From the NCBI GenBank assembly GCA_965365165.1, contig CBDUAP010000001.1, forward strand, positions 1 through 55,114: a DNA stretch of 55,114 bases, given 5' to 3'. A model generated the notes under the pieces. The model was not told the DNA's origin. It saw nothing but the letters and a program-made list of their open reading frames with translations, and ran no database searches. Both the position numbers and the translations under genes were made by a program. Shown here piece after piece: positions 20,581 through 30,726 of the stretch (position 1 is the first letter of the stretch; each line of letters starts with the position of its first letter). The stretch comes from an uncultured Flavobacteriaceae bacterium (GTDB taxonomy: Bacteria > Bacteroidota > Bacteroidia > Flavobacteriales > Flavobacteriaceae).

Positions 20581-22281
20581 TCAGGTGTCTTCCTTTAGGT
20601 CCTTGATGTTGAGTTGTAGTGAAGTGATGCCATTCCAGTGATTTTCTTCGATGGTAAAAACGGCCTTAAAGGGTTTTCCGTTGCGAATCAGCTCATATTT
20701 ATCTCCCAATCGAAATCCGATGGCATTGTAAGTCTTTCTGTCACTTCCTGATACCATGTTTATTTTTAGATGGTCCCCATTTTCACCTATCCTTTTACCA
20801 TATCCGTTATCCCTGAGTCCGGAAGCCATAAATACCGGCTTCATATTTTGAGGGCCAAAGGGGCCGAGTTGTTTGATGAGTCTATAAAATTTGGGTGTAA
20901 TATCTGACAAATATATCTCTGCATCAATATTTAACTCAGGCGTCAGCAATTCTTCAGGGATGCTCTCAGTAACCACATCTTCAAACTTTTTTTTGAATAG
21001 GGCATAGTTCTCAGGATTGAGGGTAAGGCCTGCAGCATACTTATGTCCGCCAAACTGGTCTATCAGCTCACTGCACTCCTGCAAGGCCTCGTAAACGTCA
21101 AAGCCTCTGACCGAACGTGCTGAAGCTGCCAGCTTATCACCGCTTTTTGTGAAAACAAGAGTGGGCCTGTAATATTTTTCAATTAGTCTTGAGGCAACAA
21201 TGCCAATAACCCCCTTGTGCCAGTCTTCCTGATAAACCACTGTTGTAATCTTAGTCTCCTCTCTGTTCAGTTTGATCTGATCAAGTGCCTCAAGTGTAAT
21301 ACTTTTATCAAGTTCTTTTCTCTCAGAATTATAGGAATGAATGGCCCGGGCATAAGACAGGGCCTGTTCGAAATTTTCCTCGATCAATAAATCAACGGCA
21401 AAAGAACCGTGTTTCATTCTTCCTGCAGCGTTGATCCTTGGAGCAATCATAAAAACAACATCTGTAATGTCAAGCGCTTCTTTTTTGCTTTCATGGATCA
21501 ATGCCCTGATCCCTGCCCGTGGTGATGCATTGATCACTTTTAAACCAAAATAGGCTAAAATCCTGTTTTCCCCGGTTACGGGAACGATATCGGCGGCAAT
21601 GGCGGTGGCCACCAGGTCGAGATACGGAAGCAGGTCTTCAGGTTTGCCTCCCCTTTTGCTCTCCAAAGCCTGAATTAATTTGAATCCGATGCCACAACCG
21701 CAAAGTTCATCATAGGGGTAATTACAATCCTCACGCTTTGGGTCCAAAACGGCTATGGCCTCCGGAAGGGTGCTTCCGGGTCGGTGGTGGTCACAAATGA
21801 TAAAATCAATCCCTTTTTCACCCGCATAGTTTATTTTATCGATAGCTTTGATGCCACAATCAAGTGCGATGATAAGACTGATGTCATTGTCATGCGCAAA
21901 ATCGATTCCGGTATAGGAAATACCATATCCCTCTTCATATCTGTCTGGGATATAAGTGGTAATATTTTGATAATGCTTGCTTAAATAGGCATAGACCAAT
22001 GACACGGCCGTAGTGCCGTCCACATCATAATCACCAAAGATCATGATGTTCTCATTTTCTGCTATGGCTTCCTGGATTCTCTGGACGGCCTTGTCCATAT
22101 CGCGCATCAAAAAAGGGTCGTGAAGCGATTCCATAGACGGTCTAAAAAAATGTTTAGCCGCATCGAAATTATCTATGCCCCTCTGAACCAGAATGCTACT
22201 TATAACCGGATCAACACCAAGAGACCTCGATAGTTCTTTGGTTATGATAGGATCAGGTTTGTTTTTAAGCTTCCAACGCAT
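20581..22281 (-). CDS. recJ: ssDNA-specific exonuclease RecJ
   Basis: GDYDVDG, PDRYEEGYG, DCG, DHH, PRINAAGR, GGHKYAAG. Confidence 0.97.
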   Translation of the reverse strand: MRWKLKNKPDPIITKELSRSLGVDPVISSILVQRGIDNFDAAKHFFRPSMESLHDPFLMRDMDKAVQRIQEAIAENENIMIFGDYDVDGTTAVSLVYAYLSKHYQNITTYIPDRYEEGYGISYTGIDFAHDNDISLIIALDCGIKAIDKINYAGEKGIDFIICDHHRPGSTLPEAIAVLDPKREDCNYPYDELCGCGIGFKLIQALESKRGGKPEDLLPYLDLVATAIAADIVPVTGENRILAYFGLKVINASPRAGIRALIHESKKEALDITDVVFMIAPRINAAGRMKHGSFAVDLLIEENFEQALSYARAIHSYNSERKELDKSITLEALDQIKLNREETKITTVVYQEDWHKGVIGIVASRLIEKYYRPTLVFTKSGDKLAASARSVRGFDVYEALQECSELIDQFGGHKYAAGLTLNPENYALFKKKFEDVVTESIPEELLTPELNIDAEIYLSDITPKFYRLIKQLGPFGPQNMKPVFMASGLRDNGYGKRIGENGDHLKINMVSGSDRKTYNAIGFRLGDKYELIRNGKPFKAVFTIEENHWNGITSLQLNIKDLKEDT

Positions 22282-22465
22282 TTTCTTCGCTTATTTTTTC
22301 GTTTTCTGAGGTAAAAAAATCGTCGTGAAGATAATTGAATTTCGTGAAATCCACTGTACAATCATCTCTGAACACAGAATTTTCCTTTTTGTATCAAACC
22401 TTTATAAATGTAAACAGCTTCATGAAAAACAGCAAAGAAAATCCAGGTTTAAAATATGTTTTTAC

Positions 22466-22506
22466 AATAAAAAAAGGTCAGGTTTTTTACCTGACCTTTT
22501 TTTATT
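22466..22506. terminator. Terminator after the ABC permease (symmetric A/T tails)
   Basis: AATAAAAAAAGGTCAGG/CCTGACCTTTTTTTATT inverted repeat. Confidence 0.85.
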
Positions 22507-22532
22507 AGGTCCAATTTTTTATTCCGGTGATA

Positions 22533-24938
22533 TTATTCATATTTCAGGGCATTTACCGGATCAGAATTTGCAGCAAGATATGACTGGGTACTCACCGTGA
22601 TCAGTGCAATAATCAGCGCAATCAAAGTCGCAAATACAAAGGGTAAAATGGGCATATCAATTTGATATGAGAAATTTGACAACCAGTTCTTGGCAAGCAG
22701 ATAAGATACCGGCCAGGCAAAAACATTGGCAATCAATACAAGTTTCATAAAATCCTTGTTCAGCATATTCATGATCTGTCCTACAGAAGCGCCCAGCACC
22801 TTTCTTACTCCTATTTCTTTTGTTCTTTGCTCGGCAGTATAAGAAGCCAGTCCGTAAAGGCCCATTGAGGAAATGATAATCGCCAAAATGGTCAGGTATA
22901 AGAACATGGTTCCGAAATTTTCCTGCTGCCTCATCAATTCTCCAAATTTTTCATCTAAAAACCTGTAACGAAACGGGTGTGAAGGTTCCAGTTTATTCCA
23001 TTCTGTTTCCAGAAAGTCAATGGTGGCATTCATATTATCAGGAGCTATTTTAAAGGCAGTAAACCAAACATTATTGCTAACTGACAATATCATAGGCCTT
23101 ATGGGAGAATCAAAACCTTCAACATGAAAATCCTTTACGATACCGATGATTTCCCCGTATCCCAGATTACCCTGCTGGTCAATAAAAGTTCCCATCTTCT
23201 TACCTACGGCATTTTCAATATTGAAATTATTGATCGCCGCCTGGTTCAGAATATAAGTTGGAATCGAGTCATTATCTTTTTCTATATCAAATAGCCTGCC
23301 TTCAACTAGTTTTACGTCAAGGGTCTTAAAAAAGTCAAAATCGACAAACATGTTCCAAAGAGGCAACTGTTCTTCAGTTCCTTCAAGCATATACATGTTT
23401 TGCCATGGGCTATCACCTGGGAAATAGGAGGCTCTTGAAACAGAAAGGACATTGCTGTTCTTCGTAAAAATATTTTTATAATTTCTGAAATTCTGTTGCA
23501 TTGGATCTGTCTGAATAGGCACAATTAATACCTGATCACCTTTAAATCCTATATCTTTGTTGTGTAAGTAAGAGATCTGCTGGAAAATGATAATCATCCC
23601 TATGATCAAAATAATCGATGCGGCGAACTGTGTCACGACAAGTGACTTTCTTAACATGGCACCTCCTTTTGTCTTGGTGAGATCTCCTTTTAATACTGCG
23701 ACCGGTTTGAAACTTGAAAGGAAGAATGCCGGGTAGCTGCCTGCAAACAATCCATAAACTAAGGCCACGGAAACAGCAAATAAAATGGTTTGTGGTAAAT
23801 AATCGTTAAAAAGATAAAGATCAGTATCCATGATGTTATTAAAACCGGGAAGGAATAATTCAACCAATATAAAGGCCAGGAACAAGGCCAGAAAACTTTG
23901 AATAACAGATTCTGTCAGAAACTGAATGATCAGCATTTTCCTGGAAGCCCCGGTAACTTTTCTCACCCCCACTTCTTTGGCTCGTTTCCCCGAACGTGCT
24001 GTTGAAAGGTTCATGAAATTGATCCCTGCGATCAAGATCACAAGAATGGCAATCCCGATAAAAACATAGACGTAGATGATGTTTCCATTCTGCTGAATTT
24101 CCCATTCTTTATGTGAATAAAGATGTATACGCTCAATGGGTTGCAATTGGTATTCAAAAGAGTTTCCCTGCTCAAAAAATTCTTCTACGGTTATCTTGAG
24201 AAAAGCCTCTACATTGGGCTCAATTTTTTTCATGAAATTGGCCTTCATTTTCTCTTCAAATGCTGGAAAATCAACATTTTCCTTCAGCCTGAAATAGGTG
24301 TAAAAATTGTTGCTGATCCAAATGGGCTGAATATCGTTTTGTGCCATGAACATGTCAAAATGAAAATGGGAGTGTCCTTTGGGTTCCTTTACAATGCCTT
24401 TTACGATATAATCTCTTCTGTTGTCGTAATTAACGATTTCACCAATTCCATTCTTATGCCCGAACAGTTTTAGTGAACTTTCTTCTGTCAACACAATGGC
24501 ATTGGGTTCGTTGAGAGCCGTTGCAGGGTCTCCGTGGGCAAATTCATAATCGAATACCTTAAAGAAGCTACTGTCAGCGAAAACTCCCTTTTGAATGTAG
24601 ACCTTTGTTTGTTCGTATCTTAATAGGATTTCTTGCCTGACAGGTTGAAACCTGGTTGCGTCTTCGACTTCATTGAATTCAGTTCGAAACGATTGAGCCA
24701 TCGGACTGGGCGATGAAGGTCCGTCCATTTTCTGACCCATCATATCTGCTTTTATCCCTGTGCGGTACATGCGGTCATACCCTGACCAGTGTTTGTCATA
24801 ACTTGTTTCGTCCTTTACGAACATGAATACAAGGATGGTAATCGTTAATCCCAGCCCGAGACCGAGTATATTGATAAATGCATACACCCTGTTTCTACTA
24901 AGGTTTCTAAAAGCGACTTTAAAATAATTCTTAAACAT
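22533..24938 (-). CDS. MacB/FtsX-like duplicated ABC permease
   Basis: MFKNYFKVAFRNL, two FtsX domains (RAKEVGVRK; RTKEIGVRKVLGAS), ending PVNALKYE. Confidence 0.92.
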   Translation of the reverse strand: MFKNYFKVAFRNLSRNRVYAFINILGLGLGLTITILVFMFVKDETSYDKHWSGYDRMYRTGIKADMMGQKMDGPSSPSPMAQSFRTEFNEVEDATRFQPVRQEILLRYEQTKVYIQKGVFADSSFFKVFDYEFAHGDPATALNEPNAIVLTEESSLKLFGHKNGIGEIVNYDNRRDYIVKGIVKEPKGHSHFHFDMFMAQNDIQPIWISNNFYTYFRLKENVDFPAFEEKMKANFMKKIEPNVEAFLKITVEEFFEQGNSFEYQLQPIERIHLYSHKEWEIQQNGNIIYVYVFIGIAILVILIAGINFMNLSTARSGKRAKEVGVRKVTGASRKMLIIQFLTESVIQSFLALFLAFILVELFLPGFNNIMDTDLYLFNDYLPQTILFAVSVALVYGLFAGSYPAFFLSSFKPVAVLKGDLTKTKGGAMLRKSLVVTQFAASIILIIGMIIIFQQISYLHNKDIGFKGDQVLIVPIQTDPMQQNFRNYKNIFTKNSNVLSVSRASYFPGDSPWQNMYMLEGTEEQLPLWNMFVDFDFFKTLDVKLVEGRLFDIEKDNDSIPTYILNQAAINNFNIENAVGKKMGTFIDQQGNLGYGEIIGIVKDFHVEGFDSPIRPMILSVSNNVWFTAFKIAPDNMNATIDFLETEWNKLEPSHPFRYRFLDEKFGELMRQQENFGTMFLYLTILAIIISSMGLYGLASYTAEQRTKEIGVRKVLGASVGQIMNMLNKDFMKLVLIANVFAWPVSYLLAKNWLSNFSYQIDMPILPFVFATLIALIIALITVSTQSYLAANSDPVNALKYE

Positions 24939-24953
24939 TTCTAAAAGATTTTA

Positions 24954-25649
24954 TTAAACGGCGGCTTGATTTAGATTACTTCTTTTTTCAGAAACAATCT
25001 GGCCATCCAGTAAGTTGATGATTCTTTGTGAATAACTTGCATCGTGAGATGAATGTGTCACCATGACAATTGTAGTACCTGATTCATTCAGATTACAGAG
25101 CAACTCCATGACTTCGTTACCGTGAGAACTGTCAAGGTTACCCGTTGGTTCATCTGCAAGGATCAACGGCGGTTTGGTGATCAGTGCGCGTGCCACTGCA
25201 ACCCTTTGTTGTTGCCCCCCTGATAATTGTTGTGGAAAGTGAGAGGCTCTGTGAGAGATCCCGATTTTATCGATTAATTCATTCACACGCTTTTTCCTTT
25301 CGGAGGAACTGATTTTATTGTAAATCAAAGGAAGTTCAATATTTTCAAATACCGTAAGCTCATCGATGAGGTTAAAGTTTTGAAAGACAAAACCAATGTT
25401 CTGCTTTCTAACTAAAGACCGGCCTTTTTCATTTAAGCCGCTTACTTCTTGTCCAAGGAATTCATAACTGCCACTTTCGGGCTTGTCCAGCATTCCAAGA
25501 ATATTGAGCAAGGTTGATTTTCCACAGCCTGAAGGGCCCATTACCGAAACGAATTCCCCTTTTTCAATTACGAATGAAACGTTGTTCAATGCGGTAGATT
25601 CGATTTCATCCGTTCGGTATACTTTGCTGAGTTTTTCTAATTTGATCAT
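24954..25649 (-). CDS. ABC transporter ATP-binding protein (MacB/LolD-like)
   Basis: [26 protein letters not shown]. Confidence 0.94.
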   Translation of the reverse strand: MIKLEKLSKVYRTDEIESTALNNVSFVIEKGEFVSVMGPSGCGKSTLLNILGMLDKPESGSYEFLGQEVSGLNEKGRSLVRKQNIGFVFQNFNLIDELTVFENIELPLIYNKISSSERKKRVNELIDKIGISHRASHFPQQLSGGQQQRVAVARALITKPPLILADEPTGNLDSSHGNEVMELLCNLNESGTTIVMVTHSSHDASYSQRIINLLDGQIVSEKRSNLNQAAV

Positions 25650-25659
25650 TTTGTATATT

Positions 25660-26904
25660 TTAATTAATTTCTATTGTTTCATAATTTTTAAAATCCTGGT
25701 AAGATGAAGTGATAAACCGTTCACCTTTTTCAAGTCCGTCCAGTACCTGGTAATAACTTGGGTTCTGATTGCCGATTTTGATATAACGCTTATGGGCTTC
25801 TCCTTTTCCATTGAGGACAAACACATACTGTCCGCCAGAGGCTTGAAAGTAGTTGCCTCTTGGGATCATCAGCGATTGTTGTGCCTTTGAAAGCTCTAAC
25901 CTCACCTGAACAGACTGACCAAGAGTGACTGTTTCAGGAACCTCATTCACAAAAACAAGTTCGATTTCAAATCTGCGGTTGACGACCTCCGGAAGTACTT
26001 TTTTAACTTTGAGGTCGACAATTTTTCCATCAAGAGAGAACCTGGCCAATTGATCCGGCTTTACCGAGCTTAAATAATATTCGTCTACCTGACCTTTAAT
26101 TTTAAATCCGGCTTGCACGTCTATTTTTGCAACGGTCTGGTTTCTTCCATAAGATTCACCAATAACGGGGTCAAATGAAGACAACATCCCGCTCACCGGT
26201 GCACGAACCATTAATTTTTCAATATTTTCATGAATCATCTCCAGATTTCGCTGCATCATTTCGATAGAATGGTTGATCTGCTTTATCTGGATCTGATTAT
26301 CCCTGCTGCTTTTGGTCACGTTGTCTTGTAAGAGGTTTCTTTTTTGACTTTCGTATTTAAAGCTTTCGCGAATATCGATATAGTCATTTTTTGCGATGAC
26401 ATCTTTGGTGAACAAAACAGAATCGGTTTTATATCTTCGAGTGGTTTCAGCGAGTTTATTTTCGCTGTCTATCAGAGATTCATCCAAACTTCTTTGGTCT
26501 TTTTCAAGAGATAACTTCAGGTTTCTCAGGTTATTGATCTGCTCTATAATGGCTGTCTCCTGATTTAAATAACCCAGGGTGGCAGTAGGGTTGCTCAATT
26601 GCAGAAGGGGCGTGCCTGCTTCCACATAGACTCCGTCTTCAATAAAGATTTCCTTAACGGACCCTCCTTCCAGCGTATTGACAAGAACCAGATTGATCGG
26701 TTCTATGTCTCCTTCTATTAAGATCATATCCTGGAACTGACCCTCGATTACCTCTTTTACATTGATCCGGGAAGCATCAACTTTGTATATTTTCTTGTTG
26801 AAGGATTTAAATCCAAAAAATAATAGTAATATTAAGAGTATTGATCCGGCTGTATACAAAGTTTTTTTACCGTCCCATTTCTTTTTTTCAATTTTCTTGT
26901 CCAT
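25660..26904 (-). CDS. Efflux periplasmic adaptor (MacA/HlyD-like)
   Basis: N-terminal anchor, EGGSV lipoyl-like half, coiled coil, RAPVSG; start 26904 (MDKKIEK) or 26919. Confidence 0.88.
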   Translation of the reverse strand: MDKKIEKKKWDGKKTLYTAGSILLILLLFFGFKSFNKKIYKVDASRINVKEVIEGQFQDMILIEGDIEPINLVLVNTLEGGSVKEIFIEDGVYVEAGTPLLQLSNPTATLGYLNQETAIIEQINNLRNLKLSLEKDQRSLDESLIDSENKLAETTRRYKTDSVLFTKDVIAKNDYIDIRESFKYESQKRNLLQDNVTKSSRDNQIQIKQINHSIEMMQRNLEMIHENIEKLMVRAPVSGMLSSFDPVIGESYGRNQTVAKIDVQAGFKIKGQVDEYYLSSVKPDQLARFSLDGKIVDLKVKKVLPEVVNRRFEIELVFVNEVPETVTLGQSVQVRLELSKAQQSLMIPRGNYFQASGGQYVFVLNGKGEAHKRYIKIGNQNPSYYQVLDGLEKGERFITSSYQDFKNYETIEIN

Positions 26905-26936
26905 ACCAAGTTGTCTCATTTCGACGTTTTGTTTTC

Positions 26937-27050
26937 TTAGAATTTATAATTTCTATAATCAGACCATTGCATCCTTTTGCTATTTCTAAAATGCATTTGG
27001 AATTCGTGATTTCTGGATTCTGTTGTGGTGTTGTATATAATTGTTTTCAT
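26937..27050 (-). CDS. Putative small ORF, 37 aa (MKTIIYNTTTESRNHEFQMHFRNSKRMQWSDYRNYKF)
   Basis: Hand-translated; A-rich start context AAATATAAAGTCATG; lies between the sigma54 promoter and the adaptor gene. Confidence 0.45.
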   Translation of the reverse strand: MKTIIYNTTTESRNHEFQMHFRNSKRMQWSDYRNYKF

Positions 27051-27092
27051 GACTTTATATTTTAGGGGGTTATTATTTTGTTTACGATGGTA

Positions 27093-27155
27093 CTATAAAA
27101 CACTTTCAAGAATTTTGATAATACTGATGACGATACTGATTAAAATGCTGATCAT
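27093..27155 (-). CDS. Putative small hydrophobic ORF, 20 aa (MISILISIVISIIKILESVL)
   Basis: Hand-translated; AAATAAATAATTATG start context; about 30 nt downstream of the -12 box. Confidence 0.45.
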   Translation of the reverse strand: MISILISIVISIIKILESVL

Positions 27156-27186
27156 AATTATTTATTTAGGTTCTGCCAAACCATGT

Positions 27187-27202
27187 TCAATCTGCATGCC
27201 AA
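27187..27202 (-). promoter_or_regulatory. sigma54 -24/-12 promoter
   Basis: TTGGCATG-CAGA-TTGA has the spacing of YTGGCACG-N4-TTGC, with GA in place of GC. Confidence 0.75.
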
Positions 27203-27228
27203 TTAAAAAATATTTTTAAAATACTGAA

Positions 27229-27241
27229 AATCAATAATTTA
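27229..27241 (+). promoter_or_regulatory. IHF-type binding site
   Basis: AATCAATAATTTA matches WATCAANNNNTTR and lies between the enhancer and the sigma54 promoter; AT-rich context lowers specificity. Confidence 0.5.
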
Positions 27242-27264
27242 ATTTTTATGGTTATTTTTGAAAG

Positions 27265-27304
27265 TGTTCATTATCGAACATTATATTGTTCATTATCGAA
27301 CATT
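27265..27304. promoter_or_regulatory. Tandem enhancer-binding-protein sites (UAS)
   Basis: Two identical 18-mers TGTTCATTATCGAACATT at 27265 and 27287 (22-nt period), each with the dyad TGTTC-N6-GAACA. Confidence 0.8.
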
Positions 27305-27341
27305 TTGTACATTTGGTGAAACGAATATTTGAATCTGCACC

Positions 27342-28727
27342 ATGGCCAAATCAGAAGCCACCATATTGATCATAGATGATGATGAGGACATCCTCTTGTC
27401 AGCCAGACTTTTATTAAAAAAACATTATTCAAATGTGCTGACACGAAACAACCCGAAAGGAATCAATCAGCTCCTTTCTTCAGAATCAATAGATGTGATT
27501 ATTCTGGACATGAATTACAGGATTGGCTTTAATGATGGTAAGGAGGGAATGTACTGGTTAAAACATATCATGAGCATCAAGCCTGAAATGGTCGTTATTC
27601 TAATGACAGCTTACGGGCAGGTTGAACTGGCTGTAGATTCCATAAAAAAGGGTGCTTTTGATTTCATTTTGAAGCCCTGGAGCAACGAAAAGTTTTTGGC
27701 AACCATCCAGGCCGGGTTGCAATTGAGCAAAACCCAACATAAAGTCAGGATACTGGAATCTGCCAAGGAGGCACTTGAAAAAACCATAGATCAGAAGTTT
27801 GGCCCTGTTATAGGTAAATCAGATGCCATGAAAAGCGTCATGGATGTGATTGACAAAGTGAGTGTGACCGATGCCAACATACTGATCCTTGGAGAGAATG
27901 GAACCGGGAAACAGCATATTGCCCGTGAAATTCACAGACGCTCAGAATTTAAAAGCGGACCTTTTGTTCATGTGGATCTGGGGGCCCTTTCCGAAAGCTT
28001 GTTTGAGAGCGAACTGTTTGGCCATAAAAAAGGAGCCTTTACTGACGCTCATGAAGACAAACCCGGACGGTTTGAAATGGCCGAGGGAGGAACTTTGTTT
28101 CTTGATGAAATAGGAAATCTTCCCTATAGCCTGCAGTCAAAATTACTTACGGTGCTTCAAGACAGAAAAGTGTCGCGACTGGGTGAAGGGATTGAGCGCC
28201 CGTTCAATGCAAGGCTTTTGTTTGCGACAAATGCACCCTTGAATCAATGGGTGGCTGAAGGAAAATTCAGGCAGGACCTTATGTTCAGAATTAATACCGT
28301 CGAGATAGAGATTCCTCCTATAAGAGATAGGCCCGAGGATATTGAGGAATTCGTAAGACACTTTCTGAACAGCTATAAACTCAAATATCATAAATCGCAT
28401 CTTACAATTGACAAAGAAGCCCTTGACATGCTCAATACACATCTTTGGCCTGGTAATGTCAGGGAAATACAGCATACCATGGAAAGAGGGGTGATCATGT
28501 CTGACGGAAATGATATTAAAATTGATGACTTCAACCTCAGTAAAGCTACCGTCCAGTCAGGAAACAATGATATTGGAGAGTTTGACAGCCTGAACCTGCA
28601 GGAAATTGAAAAGGTCCTTGTAGAAAAGGCCATTGAAAAGCATCAGGGAAACATATCAAAGGCAGCAAAAGAATTGGGTTTAACAAGAGCCGCCTTGTAC
28701 AGAAGACTTGAAAAATTCGATCTTTAA
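27342..28727 (+). CDS. sigma54-dependent (NtrC-family) response regulator
   Basis: Receiver domain (IIDDD, LDMN, KPW), GENGTGK, ESELFGHKKGAFTDA, LFLDEI, WPGNVRE, Fis-type HTH; TACATTTG box at 27308-27315. Confidence 0.95.
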   Translation: MAKSEATILIIDDDEDILLSARLLLKKHYSNVLTRNNPKGINQLLSSESIDVIILDMNYRIGFNDGKEGMYWLKHIMSIKPEMVVILMTAYGQVELAVDSIKKGAFDFILKPWSNEKFLATIQAGLQLSKTQHKVRILESAKEALEKTIDQKFGPVIGKSDAMKSVMDVIDKVSVTDANILILGENGTGKQHIAREIHRRSEFKSGPFVHVDLGALSESLFESELFGHKKGAFTDAHEDKPGRFEMAEGGTLFLDEIGNLPYSLQSKLLTVLQDRKVSRLGEGIERPFNARLLFATNAPLNQWVAEGKFRQDLMFRINTVEIEIPPIRDRPEDIEEFVRHFLNSYKLKYHKSHLTIDKEALDMLNTHLWPGNVREIQHTMERGVIMSDGNDIKIDDFNLSKATVQSGNNDIGEFDSLNLQEIEKVLVEKAIEKHQGNISKAAKELGLTRAALYRRLEKFDL

Positions 28728-28737
28728 ATAAAAAGTT

Positions 28738-30138
28738 GTGATAAAAAGGTTTACCATTCAAGTAACATTGCGAATCCTCCTGATACTCATTTTTTGTGTC
28801 CTGCTTTCGTATTTCATTGTCAAAAATATTTGGTTCAGTACCGCAGGGATAGGCGCTCTGGTAATTATTCAGGTCTATTATTTGATCCGCTACGTGAACA
28901 ACACCAATTATTCTTTGGTGAAATTTTTAGATGCCCTTAAAACAGAGGATTATTCTGTTTACTTTTCACCTTCTAAAAAAGGGGATTCCTTTGCAAAGGT
29001 TTATGACGATTTCAATTTGATCATCAAGATGTTTAAAAGGAACAAGATTGAAAAGGAAGCCCAGTTCAAGTATTTCAAATATATTCTGGAACACGTCAAT
29101 CTGGGTATTATATCAATTAAAAAGGAGGATCTGTTTAAAGAACATTCGGAGGCAGAGATCCTGTTTTTGAACAAGGCAGCTTGCTCAATTCTGAACCAGC
29201 CTCAACACAAATACTGGCATAGAATAGCCAACAATTTACCATGGCTGGTCAGGGAAATAAAGAAGATATCTGACGGAGGAAAATCCCTTGTCGACTTTGG
29301 GGATGATTCAGAACGGAAGCAGTTGTCTCTGGAAGTGGTTGAGATCAAACTACTTGATTCAGACTATCTGATCATTGCTTTTCAGGATATCAGATCAGAG
29401 ATTGAACAAAAGGAAATAGAGGCCTGGCATAATGTGATTAGGATTCTGGCACATGAAATGCTCAATTCATTTACCCCGGTCAGTTCTTTGGCTTCTACCA
29501 TAAAATTGATTACCGAACCGGATGAAGTAGGTAAATGGAACGTCGATCAATTGGATGAGGAAGACCTTCATGATATCAATATTGCAGCCTCCACTATTAA
29601 AAAGCGATCAGACGGGTTGTTGGATTTTGTAAAAGATTACCGGACGATTTCAAATGTCCCTGTACCTCAGTTGCAACCTGTCAATGTCAAACAATTTTTA
29701 TCTGAAATGAAGGTGTTGATGTCTGCTGCCGCAGGTGAAGCAAAGGTAAGGATCAATATTAAGCCCGTGCCTGCCAATGCCATTATTTTTATAGATACCA
29801 AACTGGTTGAGCAGGTCTTGATCAATTTGATCAACAACAGTATACACGCCCTGAACGGCATAACAGAGCCATTGATCACTCTCGAATGTGTCGTCGAACC
29901 TTCTAAAACTGTCATAATGGTGACAGACAATGGTAAAGGCATAGAAGAAAAGATCCTGAATCAGATCTTTATCCCTTTTTATACGACCAAAAAGAACGGT
30001 TCCGGCATTGGCCTGAGCCTCTCCAAAAACATCATGAAAAAGCACGGAGGGAATTTATTGGTAAATTCAGAAGTAGGAGTCAAAACTACTTTCTCTTTAA
30101 TATTCAGGCCCAAAGGAGCCATAGCCAATATGAGTTAA
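28738..30138 (+). CDS. Sensor histidine kinase (NtrY-like)
   Basis: Two N-terminal TM helices, PAS-like region, AHEMLNS H-box, N box, DNGKG, FYTTK, GSGIGL. Confidence 0.92.
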   Translation: MIKRFTIQVTLRILLILIFCVLLSYFIVKNIWFSTAGIGALVIIQVYYLIRYVNNTNYSLVKFLDALKTEDYSVYFSPSKKGDSFAKVYDDFNLIIKMFKRNKIEKEAQFKYFKYILEHVNLGIISIKKEDLFKEHSEAEILFLNKAACSILNQPQHKYWHRIANNLPWLVREIKKISDGGKSLVDFGDDSERKQLSLEVVEIKLLDSDYLIIAFQDIRSEIEQKEIEAWHNVIRILAHEMLNSFTPVSSLASTIKLITEPDEVGKWNVDQLDEEDLHDINIAASTIKKRSDGLLDFVKDYRTISNVPVPQLQPVNVKQFLSEMKVLMSAAAGEAKVRINIKPVPANAIIFIDTKLVEQVLINLINNSIHALNGITEPLITLECVVEPSKTVIMVTDNGKGIEEKILNQIFIPFYTTKKNGSGIGLSLSKNIMKKHGGNLLVNSEVGVKTTFSLIFRPKGAIANMS

Positions 30139-30215
30139 AGTTTTGATAAAATTGATGATCCGGCGGTTATGACATCCTTGATTATTTAAATTTGTTTGAG
30201 CAAATTGGATAATAA

Positions 30216-30722
30216 ATGAAGTATTTCATCATTATTTTGGGTCTATTTAGCCTCATTTCCTGCAAAGGAAAAAGGAATGATATACAGGCGCCGAATGAAA
30301 ATGAGGAAATAGAAGTCTATAATTTTGCCGAACTGGAGCCTTTGTTGAGTGCAGATGACGACCTTACATACGTCGTAAACTTTTGGGCTACATGGTGCAA
30401 GCCCTGTATTGAAGAACTCCCTTATTTTGAAGCACTCCAGGCGGAAAATAGCGAAAGCATCAAAGTAATCCTTGTAAGCCTTGATTTCCCTGAGAAACTA
30501 AAAAGTCAGGTGAAGCCGTTTGTTAAAAAAAGAAATATAAAGTCCCAGGTTATATTATTGGATGATCCCTATGAAAATGAATGGATCCCAAAAGTTGATG
30601 AAGCCTGGTCAGGAGCCATACCGGCAACCTTAATATTCAACAAATCAAAAAAAGCCTTTTATGAAGGATCCTTTACCCTGGAATCCTTAAACGAGGAAAT
30701 CATTAAATTCACTAAAATATAG
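30216..30722 (+). CDS. TlpA-family thiol:disulfide oxidoreductase lipoprotein
   Basis: Lipobox LISC, NFWATWCKPC, cis-Pro AIPAT. Confidence 0.9.
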   Translation: MKYFIIILGLFSLISCKGKRNDIQAPNENEEIEVYNFAELEPLLSADDDLTYVVNFWATWCKPCIEELPYFEALQAENSESIKVILVSLDFPEKLKSQVKPFVKKRNIKSQVILLDDPYENEWIPKVDEAWSGAIPATLIFNKSKKAFYEGSFTLESLNEEIIKFTKI

Positions 30723-30726
30723 CATC

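Noticed and set aside
22325-22600. 91-aa plus-strand ORF between recJ and the permease
   Set aside because: Runs through a terminator hairpin and into the permease antisense; no protein-like features.
26762-27219. Three plus-strand ORFs in the transporter-regulator intergenic region
   Set aside because: They oppose the sigma54 promoter direction and have non-ATG starts with poor start contexts; the minus-strand small ORFs fit better.
27265-27304. Direct repeat as a possible mini-CRISPR
   Set aside because: Only two 18-nt copies with a 4-nt gap and no cas genes; fits activator sites.
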